Shown here one piece after another: positions 22,901 to 33,348 of a stretch of 64,000 nt of DNA. Source of the stretch: Macrostomum lignano (Eukaryota); assembly GCA_002269645.1 (NCBI GenBank), contig NIVC01003807.1, positions 1-64,000 on the forward strand, given 5' to 3'. Under the pieces are notes generated by a model that saw only the letters and a program-made list of their open reading frames with translations, was not told the origin of the DNA and made no database searches. The position numbers and the translations under genes are program-made. The stretch's first letter is position 1, and the number at the start of each line of letters is the position of its first letter.

Positions 22901-25900
22901 CTCAGGAGTTTAGCTTCCACCTCAGTAGCTCAGGAGTTTAGCTTCCACCTCAGTAGCTCAGGAGTTTAGCTTCCACCTCAGTAGCTCAGGAGTTTAGCTT
23001 CCACCTCAGTAGCTCAGGAGTTTAGCTTCCACCTCAGTAGCTCAGGAGTTTAGCTTCCACCTCAGTAGCTCAGGAGTTTAGCTTCCACCTCAGTAGCTCA
23101 GGAGTTTAGCTTCCACCTCAGTAGCTCAGGAGTTTAGCTTCCACCTCAGTAGCTCAGGAGTTTAGCTTCCACCTCAGTAGCTCAGGAGTTTAGCTTCCAC
23201 CTCAGTAGCTCAGGAGTTTAGCTTCCACCTCAGTAGCTCAGGAGTTTAGCTTCCACCTCAGTAGCTCAGGAGTTTAGCTTCCACCTCAGTAGCTCAGGAG
23301 TTTAGCTTCCACCTCAGTAGCTCAGGAGTTTAGCTTCCACCTCAGTAGCTCAGGAGTTTAGCTTCCACCTCAGTAGCTCAGGAGTTTAGCTTCCACCTCA
23401 GTAGCTCAGGAGTTTAGCTTCCACCTCAGTAGCTCAGGAGTTTAGCTTCCACCTCAGTAGCTCAGGAGTTTAGCTTCCACCTCAGTAGCTCAGGAGTTTA
23501 GCTTCCACCTCAGTAGCTCAGGAGTTTAGCTTCCACCTCAGTAGCTCAGGAGTTTAGCTTCCACCTCAGTAGCTCAGGAGTTTAGCTTCCACCTCAGTAG
23601 CTCAGGAGTTTAGCTTCCACCTCAGTAGCTCAGGAGTTTAGCTTCCACCTCAGTAGCTCAGGAGTTTAGCTTCCACCTCAGTAGCTCAGGAGTTTAGCTT
23701 CCACCTCAGTAGCTCAGGAGTTTAGCTTCCACCTCAGTAGCTCAGGAGTTTAGCTTCCACCTCAGTAGCTCAGGAGTTTAGCTTCCACCTCAGTAGCTCA
23801 GGAGTTTAGCTTCCACCTCAGTAGCTCAGGAGTTTAGCTTCCACCTCAGTAGCTCAGGAGTTTAGCTTCCACCTCAGTAGCTCAGGAGTTTAGCTTCCAC
23901 CTCAGTAGCTCAGGAGTTTAGCTTCCACCTCAGTAGCTCAGGAGTTTAGCTTCCACCTCAGTAGCTCAGGAGTTTAGCTTCCACCTCAGTAGCTCAGGAG
24001 TTTAGCTTCCACCTCAGTAGCTCAGGAGTTTAGCTTCCACCTCAGTAGCTCAGGAGTTTAGCTTCCACCTCAGTAGCTCAGGAGTTTAGCTTCCACCTCA
24101 GTAGCTCAGGAGTTTAGCTTCCACCTCAGTAGCTCAGGAGTTTAGCTTCCACCTCAGTAGCTCAGGAGTTTAGCTTCCACCTCAGTAGCTCAGGAGTTTA
24201 GCTTCCACCTCAGTAGCTCAGGAGTTTAGCTTCCACCTCAGTAGCTCAGGAGTTTAGCTTCCACCTCAGTAGCTCAGGAGTTTAGCTTCCACCTCAGTAG
24301 CTCAGGAGTTTAGCTTCCACCTCAGTAGCTCAGGAGTTTAGCTTCCACCTCAGTAGCTCAGGAGTTTAGCTTCCACCTCAGTAGCTCAGGAGTTTAGCTT
24401 CCACCTCAGTAGCTCAGGAGTTTAGCTTCCACCTCAGTAGCTCAGGAGTTTAGCTTCCACCTCAGTAGCTCAGGAGTTTAGCTTCCACCTCAGTAGCTCA
24501 GGAGTTTAGCTTCCACCTCAGTAGCTCAGGAGTTTAGCTTCCACCTCAGTAGCTCAGGAGTTTAGCTTCCACCTCAGTAGCTCAGGAGTTTAGCTTCCAC
24601 CTCAGTAGCTCAGGAGTTTAGCTTCCACCTCAGTAGCTCAGGAGTTTAGCTTCCACCTCAGTAGCTCAGGAGTTTAGCTTCCACCTCAGTAGCTCAGGAG
24701 TTTAGCTTCCACCTCAGTAGCTCAGGAGTTTAGCTTCCACCTCAGTAGCTCAGGAGTTTAGCTTCCACCTCAGTAGCTCAGGAGTTTAGCTTCCACCTCA
24801 GTAGCTCAGGAGTTTAGCTTCCACCTCAGTAGCTCAGGAGTTTAGCTTCCACCTCAGTAGCTCAGGAGTTTAGCTTCCACCTCAGTAGCTCAGGAGTTTA
24901 GCTTCCACCTCAGTAGCTCAGGAGTTTAGCTTCCACCTCAGTAGCTCAGGAGTTTAGCTTCCACCTCAGTAGCTCAGGAGTTTAGCTTCCACCTCAGTAG
25001 CTCAGGAGTTTAGCTTCCACCTCAGTAGCTCAGGAGTTTAGCTTCCACCTCAGTAGCTCAGGAGTTTAGCTTCCACCTCAGTAGCTCAGGAGTTTAGCTT
25101 CCACCTCAGTAGCTCAGGAGTTTAGCTTCCACCTCAGTAGCTCAGGAGTTTAGCTTCCACCTCAGTAGCTCAGGAGTTTAGCTTCCACCTCAGTAGCTCA
25201 GGAGTTTAGCTTCCACCTCAGTAGCTCAGGAGTTTAGCTTCCACCTCAGTAGCTCAGGAGTTTAGCTTCCACCTCAGTAGCTCAGGAGTTTAGCTTCCAC
25301 CTCAGTAGCTCAGGAGTTTAGCTTCCACCTCAGTAGCTCAGGAGTTTAGCTTCCACCTCAGTAGCTCAGGAGTTTAGCTTCCACCTCAGTAGCTCAGGAG
25401 TTTAGCTTCCACCTCAGTAGCTCAGGAGTTTAGCTTCCACCTCAGTAGCTCAGGAGTTTAGCTTCCACCTCAGTAGCTCAGGAGTTTAGCTTCCACCTCA
25501 GTAGCTCAGGAGTTTAGCTTCCACCTCAGTAGCTCAGGAGTTTAGCTTCCACCTCAGTAGCTCAGGAGTTTAGCTTCCACCTCAGTAGCTCAGGAGTTTA
25601 GCTTCCACCTCAGTAGCTCAGGAGTTTAGCTTCCACCTCAGTAGCTCAGGAGTTTAGCTTCCACCTCAGTAGCTCAGGAGTTTAGCTTCCACCTCAGTAG
25701 CTCAGGAGTTTAGCTTCCACCTCAGTAGCTCAGGAGTTTAGCTTCCACCTCAGTAGCTCAGGAGTTTAGCTTCCACCTCAGTAGCTCAGGAGTTTAGCTT
25801 CCACCTCAGTAGCTCAGGAGTTTAGCTTCCACCTCAGTAGCTCAGGAGTTTAGCTTCCACCTCAGTAGCTCAGGAGTTTAGCTTCCACCTCAGTAGCTCA

Positions 25901-28900
25901 GGAGTTTAGCTTCCACCTCAGTAGCTCAGGAGTTTAGCTTCCACCTCAGTAGCTCAGGAGTTTAGCTTCCACCTCAGTAGCTCAGGAGTTTAGCTTCCAC
26001 CTCAGTAGCTCAGGAGTTTAGCTTCCACCTCAGTAGCTCAGGAGTTTAGCTTCCACCTCAGTAGCTCAGGAGTTTAGCTTCCACCTCAGTAGCTCAGGAG
26101 TTTAGCTTCCACCTCAGTAGCTCAGGAGTTTAGCTTCCACCTCAGTAGCTCAGGAGTTTAGCTTCCACCTCAGTAGCTCAGGAGTTTAGCTTCCACCTCA
26201 GTAGCTCAGGAGTTTAGCTTCCACCTCAGTAGCTCAGGAGTTTAGCTTCCACCTCAGTAGCTCAGGAGTTTAGCTTCCACCTCAGTAGCTCAGGAGTTTA
26301 GCTTCCACCTCAGTAGCTCAGGAGTTTAGCTTCCACCTCAGTAGCTCAGGAGTTTAGCTTCCACCTCAGTAGCTCAGGAGTTTAGCTTCCACCTCAGTAG
26401 CTCAGGAGTTTAGCTTCCACCTCAGTAGCTCAGGAGTTTAGCTTCCACCTCAGTAGCTCAGGAGTTTAGCTTCCACCTCAGTAGCTCAGGAGTTTAGCTT
26501 CCACCTCAGTAGCTCAGGAGTTTAGCTTCCACCTCAGTAGCTCAGGAGTTTAGCTTCCACCTCAGTAGCTCAGGAGTTTAGCTTCCACCTCAGTAGCTCA
26601 GGAGTTTAGCTTCCACCTCAGTAGCTCAGGAGTTTAGCTTCCACCTCAGTAGCTCAGGAGTTTAGCTTCCACCTCAGTAGCTCAGGAGTTTAGCTTCCAC
26701 CTCAGTAGCTCAGGAGTTTAGCTTCCACCTCAGTAGCTCAGGAGTTTAGCTTCCACCTCAGTAGCTCAGGAGTTTAGCTTCCACCTCAGTAGCTCAGGAG
26801 TTTAGCTTCCACCTCAGTAGCTCAGGAGTTTAGCTTCCACCTCAGTAGCTCAGGAGTTTAGCTTCCACCTCAGTAGCTCAGGAGTTTAGCTTCCACCTCA
26901 GTAGCTCAGGAGTTTAGCTTCCACCTCAGTAGCTCAGGAGTTTAGCTTCCACCTCAGTAGCTCAGGAGTTTAGCTTCCACCTCAGTAGCTCAGGAGTTTA
27001 GCTTCCACCTCAGTAGCTCAGGAGTTTAGCTTCCACCTCAGTAGCTCAGGAGTTTAGCTTCCACCTCAGTAGCTCAGGAGTTTAGCTTCCACCTCAGTAG
27101 CTCAGGAGTTTAGCTTCCACCTCAGTAGCTCAGGAGTTTAGCTTCCACCTCAGTAGCTCAGGAGTTTAGCTTCCACCTCAGTAGCTCAGGAGTTTAGCTT
27201 CCACCTCAGTAGCTCAGGAGTTTAGCTTCCACCTCAGTAGCTCAGGAGTTTAGCTTCCACCTCAGTAGCTCAGGAGTTTAGCTTCCACCTCAGTAGCTCA
27301 GGAGTTTAGCTTCCACCTCAGTAGCTCAGGAGTTTAGCTTCCACCTCAGTAGCTCAGGAGTTTAGCTTCCACCTCAGTAGCTCAGGAGTTTAGCTTCCAC
27401 CTCAGTAGCTCAGGAGTTTAGCTTCCACCTCAGTAGCTCAGGAGTTTAGCTTCCACCTCAGTAGCTCAGGAGTTTAGCTTCCACCTCAGTAGCTCAGGAG
27501 TTTAGCTTCCACCTCAGTAGCTCAGGAGTTTAGCTTCCACCTCAGTAGCTCAGGAGTTTAGCTTCCACCTCAGTAGCTCAGGAGTTTAGCTTCCACCTCA
27601 GTAGCTCAGGAGTTTAGCTTCCACCTCAGTAGCTCAGGAGTTTAGCTTCCACCTCAGTAGCTCAGGAGTTTAGCTTCCACCTCAGTAGCTCAGGAGTTTA
27701 GCTTCCACCTCAGTAGCTCAGGAGTTTAGCTTCCACCTCAGTAGCTCAGGAGTTTAGCTTCCACCTCAGTAGCTCAGGAGTTTAGCTTCCACCTCAGTAG
27801 CTCAGGAGTTTAGCTTCCACCTCAGTAGCTCAGGAGTTTAGCTTCCACCTCAGTAGCTCAGGAGTTTAGCTTCCACCTCAGTAGCTCAGGAGTTTAGCTT
27901 CCACCTCAGTAGCTCAGGAGTTTAGCTTCCACCTCAGTAGCTCAGGAGTTTAGCTTCCACCTCAGTAGCTCAGGAGTTTAGCTTCCACCTCAGTAGCTCA
28001 GGAGTTTAGCTTCCACCTCAGTAGCTCAGGAGTTTAGCTTCCACCTCAGTAGCTCAGGAGTTTAGCTTCCACCTCAGTAGCTCAGGAGTTTAGCTTCCAC
28101 CTCAGTAGCTCAGGAGTTTAGCTTCCACCTCAGTAGCTCAGGAGTTTAGCTTCCACCTCAGTAGCTCAGGAGTTTAGCTTCCACCTCAGTAGCTCAGGAG
28201 TTTAGCTTCCACCTCAGTAGCTCAGGAGTTTAGCTTCCACCTCAGTAGCTCAGGAGTTTAGCTTCCACCTCAGTAGCTCAGGAGTTTAGCTTCCACCTCA
28301 GTAGCTCAGGAGTTTAGCTTCCACCTCAGTAGCTCAGGAGTTTAGCTTCCACCTCAGTAGCTCAGGAGTTTAGCTTCCACCTCAGTAGCTCAGGAGTTTA
28401 GCTTCCACCTCAGTAGCTCAGGAGTTTAGCTTCCACCTCAGTAGCTCAGGAGTTTAGCTTCCACCTCAGTAGCTCAGGAGTTTAGCTTCCACCTCAGTAG
28501 CTCAGGAGTTTAGCTTCCACCTCAGTAGCTCAGGAGTTTAGCTTCCACCTCAGTAGCTCAGGAGTTTAGCTTCCACCTCAGTAGCTCAGGAGTTTAGCTT
28601 CCACCTCAGTAGCTCAGGAGTTTAGCTTCCACCTCAGTAGCTCAGGAGTTTAGCTTCCACCTCAGTAGCTCAGGAGTTTAGCTTCCACCTCAGTAGCTCA
28701 GGAGTTTAGCTTCCACCTCAGTAGCTCAGGAGTTTAGCTTCCACCTCAGTAGCTCAGGAGTTTAGCTTCCACCTCAGTAGCTCAGGAGTTTAGCTTCCAC
28801 CTCAGTAGCTCAGGAGTTTAGCTTCCACCTCAGTAGCTCAGGAGTTTAGCTTCCACCTCAGTAGCTCAGGAGTTTAGCTTCCACCTCAGTAGCTCAGGAG

Positions 28901-31900
28901 TTTAGCTTCCACCTCAGTAGCTCAGGAGTTTAGCTTCCACCTCAGTAGCTCAGGAGTTTAGCTTCCACCTCAGTAGCTCAGGAGTTTAGCTTCCACCTCA
29001 GTAGCTCAGGAGTTTAGCTTCCACCTCAGTAGCTCAGGAGTTTAGCTTCCACCTCAGTAGCTCAGGAGTTTAGCTTCCACCTCAGTAGCTCAGGAGTTTA
29101 GCTTCCACCTCAGTAGCTCAGGAGTTTAGCTTCCACCTCAGTAGCTCAGGAGTTTAGCTTCCACCTCAGTAGCTCAGGAGTTTAGCTTCCACCTCAGTAG
29201 CTCAGGAGTTTAGCTTCCACCTCAGTAGCTCAGGAGTTTAGCTTCCACCTCAGTAGCTCAGGAGTTTAGCTTCCACCTCAGTAGCTCAGGAGTTTAGCTT
29301 CCACCTCAGTAGCTCAGGAGTTTAGCTTCCACCTCAGTAGCTCAGGAGTTTAGCTTCCACCTCAGTAGCTCAGGAGTTTAGCTTCCACCTCAGTAGCTCA
29401 GGAGTTTAGCTTCCACCTCAGTAGCTCAGGAGTTTAGCTTCCACCTCAGTAGCTCAGGAGTTTAGCTTCCACCTCAGTAGCTCAGGAGTTTAGCTTCCAC
29501 CTCAGTAGCTCAGGAGTTTAGCTTCCACCTCAGTAGCTCAGGAGTTTAGCTTCCACCTCAGTAGCTCAGGAGTTTAGCTTCCACCTCAGTAGCTCAGGAG
29601 TTTAGCTTCCACCTCAGTAGCTCAGGAGTTTAGCTTCCACCTCAGTAGCTCAGGAGTTTAGCTTCCACCTCAGTAGCTCAGGAGTTTAGCTTCCACCTCA
29701 GTAGCTCAGGAGTTTAGCTTCCACCTCAGTAGCTCAGGAGTTTAGCTTCCACCTCAGTAGCTCAGGAGTTTAGCTTCCACCTCAGTAGCTCAGGAGTTTA
29801 GCTTCCACCTCAGTAGCTCAGGAGTTTAGCTTCCACCTCAGTAGCTCAGGAGTTTAGCTTCCACCTCAGTAGCTCAGGAGTTTAGCTTCCACCTCAGTAG
29901 CTCAGGAGTTTAGCTTCCACCTCAGTAGCTCAGGAGTTTAGCTTCCACCTCAGTAGCTCAGGAGTTTAGCTTCCACCTCAGTAGCTCAGGAGTTTAGCTT
30001 CCACCTCAGTAGCTCAGGAGTTTAGCTTCCACCTCAGTAGCTCAGGAGTTTAGCTTCCACCTCAGTAGCTCAGGAGTTTAGCTTCCACCTCAGTAGCTCA
30101 GGAGTTTAGCTTCCACCTCAGTAGCTCAGGAGTTTAGCTTCCACCTCAGTAGCTCAGGAGTTTAGCTTCCACCTCAGTAGCTCAGGAGTTTAGCTTCCAC
30201 CTCAGTAGCTCAGGAGTTTAGCTTCCACCTCAGTAGCTCAGGAGTTTAGCTTCCACCTCAGTAGCTCAGGAGTTTAGCTTCCACCTCAGTAGCTCAGGAG
30301 TTTAGCTTCCACCTCAGTAGCTCAGGAGTTTAGCTTCCACCTCAGTAGCTCAGGAGTTTAGCTTCCACCTCAGTAGCTCAGGAGTTTAGCTTCCACCTCA
30401 GTAGCTCAGGAGTTTAGCTTCCACCTCAGTAGCTCAGGAGTTTAGCTTCCACCTCAGTAGCTCAGGAGTTTAGCTTCCACCTCAGTAGCTCAGGAGTTTA
30501 GCTTCCACCTCAGTAGCTCAGGAGTTTAGCTTCCACCTCAGTAGCTCAGGAGTTTAGCTTCCACCTCAGTAGCTCAGGAGTTTAGCTTCCACCTCAGTAG
30601 CTCAGGAGTTTAGCTTCCACCTCAGTAGCTCAGGAGTTTAGCTTCCACCTCAGTAGCTCAGGAGTTTAGCTTCCACCTCAGTAGCTCAGGAGTTTAGCTT
30701 CCACCTCAGTAGCTCAGGAGTTTAGCTTCCACCTCAGTAGCTCAGGAGTTTAGCTTCCACCTCAGTAGCTCAGGAGTTTAGCTTCCACCTCAGTAGCTCA
30801 GGAGTTTAGCTTCCACCTCAGTAGCTCAGGAGTTTAGCTTCCACCTCAGTAGCTCAGGAGTTTAGCTTCCACCTCAGTAGCTCAGGAGTTTAGCTTCCAC
30901 CTCAGTAGCTCAGGAGTTTAGCTTCCACCTCAGTAGCTCAGGAGTTTAGCTTCCACCTCAGTAGCTCAGGAGTTTAGCTTCCACCTCAGTAGCTCAGGAG
31001 TTTAGCTTCCACCTCAGTAGCTCAGGAGTTTAGCTTCCACCTCAGTAGCTCAGGAGTTTAGCTTCCACCTCAGTAGCTCAGGAGTTTAGCTTCCACCTCA
31101 GTAGCTCAGGAGTTTAGCTTCCACCTCAGTAGCTCAGGAGTTTAGCTTCCACCTCAGTAGCTCAGGAGTTTAGCTTCCACCTCAGTAGCTCAGGAGTTTA
31201 GCTTCCACCTCAGTAGCTCAGGAGTTTAGCTTCCACCTCAGTAGCTCAGGAGTTTAGCTTCCACCTCAGTAGCTCAGGAGTTTAGCTTCCACCTCAGTAG
31301 CTCAGGAGTTTAGCTTCCACCTCAGTAGCTCAGGAGTTTAGCTTCCACCTCAGTAGCTCAGGAGTTTAGCTTCCACCTCAGTAGCTCAGGAGTTTAGCTT
31401 CCACCTCAGTAGCTCAGGAGTTTAGCTTCCACCTCAGTAGCTCAGGAGTTTAGCTTCCACCTCAGTAGCTCAGGAGTTTAGCTTCCACCTCAGTAGCTCA
31501 GGAGTTTAGCTTCCACCTCAGTAGCTCAGGAGTTTAGCTTCCACCTCAGTAGCTCAGGAGTTTAGCTTCCACCTCAGTAGCTCAGGAGTTTAGCTTCCAC
31601 CTCAGTAGCTCAGGAGTTTAGCTTCCACCTCAGTAGCTCAGGAGTTTAGCTTCCACCTCAGTAGCTCAGGAGTTTAGCTTCCACCTCAGTAGCTCAGGAG
31701 TTTAGCTTCCACCTCAGTAGCTCAGGAGTTTAGCTTCCACCTCAGTAGCTCAGGAGTTTAGCTTCCACCTCAGTAGCTCAGGAGTTTAGCTTCCACCTCA
31801 GTAGCTCAGGAGTTTAGCTTCCACCTCAGTAGCTCAGGAGTTTAGCTTCCACCTCAGTAGCTCAGGAGTTTAGCTTCCACCTCAGTAGCTCAGGAGTTTA

Positions 31901-33199
31901 GCTTCCACCTCAGTAGCTCAGGAGTTTAGCTTCCACCTCAGTAGCTCAGGAGTTTAGCTTCCACCTCAGTAGCTCAGGAGTTTAGCTTCCACCTCAGTAG
32001 CTCAGGAGTTTAGCTTCCACCTCAGTAGCTCAGGAGTTTAGCTTCCACCTCAGTAGCTCAGGAGTTTAGCTTCCACCTCAGTAGCTCAGGAGTTTAGCTT
32101 CCACCTCAGTAGCTCAGGAGTTTAGCTTCCACCTCAGTAGCTCAGGAGTTTAGCTTCCACCTCAGTAGCTCAGGAGTTTAGCTTCCACCTCAGTAGCTCA
32201 GGAGTTTAGCTTCCACCTCAGTAGCTCAGGAGTTTAGCTTCCACCTCAGTAGCTCAGGAGTTTAGCTTCCACCTCAGTAGCTCAGGAGTTTAGCTTCCAC
32301 CTCAGTAGCTCAGGAGTTTAGCTTCCACCTCAGTAGCTCAGGAGTTTAGCTTCCACCTCAGTAGCTCAGGAGTTTAGCTTCCACCTCAGTAGCTCAGGAG
32401 TTTAGCTTCCACCTCAGTAGCTCAGGAGTTTAGCTTCCACCTCAGTAGCTCAGGAGTTTAGCTTCCACCTCAGTAGCTCAGGAGTTTAGCTTCCACCTCA
32501 GTAGCTCAGGAGTTTAGCTTCCACCTCAGTAGCTCAGGAGTTTAGCTTCCACCTCAGTAGCTCAGGAGTTTAGCTTCCACCTCAGTAGCTCAGGAGTTTA
32601 GCTTCCACCTCAGTAGCTCAGGAGTTTAGCTTCCACCTCAGTAGCTCAGGAGTTTAGCTTCCACCTCAGTAGCTCAGGAGTTTAGCTTCCACCTCAGTAG
32701 CTCAGGAGTTTAGCTTCCACCTCAGTAGCTCAGGAGTTTAGCTTCCACCTCAGTAGCTCAGGAGTTTAGCTTCCACCTCAGTAGCTCAGGAGTTTAGCTT
32801 CCACCTCAGTAGCTCAGGAGTTTAGCTTCCACCTCAGTAGCTCAGGAGTTTAGCTTCCACCTCAGTAGCTCAGGAGTTTAGCTTCCACCTCAATAGCTCA
32901 GGAGTTTAGCTTCCACCTCAATAGCTCAGGAGTTTAGCTTCCACCTCAATAGCTCAGGAGTTTAGCTTCCACCTCAATAGCTCAGGAGTTTAGCTTCCAC
33001 CTCAGTAGCTCAGGAGTTTAGCTTCCACCTCAGTAGCTCAGGAGTTTAGCTTCCACCTCAATAGCTCAGGAGTTTAGCTTCCACCTCAGTAGCTCAGGAG
33101 TTTAGCTTCCACCTCAGTAGCTCAGGAGTTTAGCTTCCACCTCAGGAGTTTAGCTTCCACCTCAGTAGCTCAGGAGTTTAGCTTCCACCTCAGTTGCTC
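16918..33199. repeat. 16.3-kb satellite of a 28-bp unit (AGTTTAGCTTCCACCTCAGTAGCTCAGG), ~580 copies
   Basis: Line pattern recurs every 420 bp (15 units) without visible change. Variants appear only at the edges: ccgcc/ccatc at ~16950-17015, ctcaatag at ~32890-33065, one shortened unit at ~33140. Confidence 0.98.
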
Positions 33200-33348
33200 G
33201 AAAATTTTTAGTATGCTAAGCTTTTACAACTAGTGTTAAAGTTTATATACTCGCAAAATCATTCTTAAAACCTTCCTGCTGTAAATCGCAAACCCGACTA
33301 GAGTAGTAAATAGTTGTACATTAGTATTAATAATATTAGTAATAAATA

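Noticed and set aside
16918-33199. CRISPR array (28-bp repeat length)
   Set aside because: Units are directly adjacent with no unique spacers, there are no cas genes, and the context is eukaryotic.
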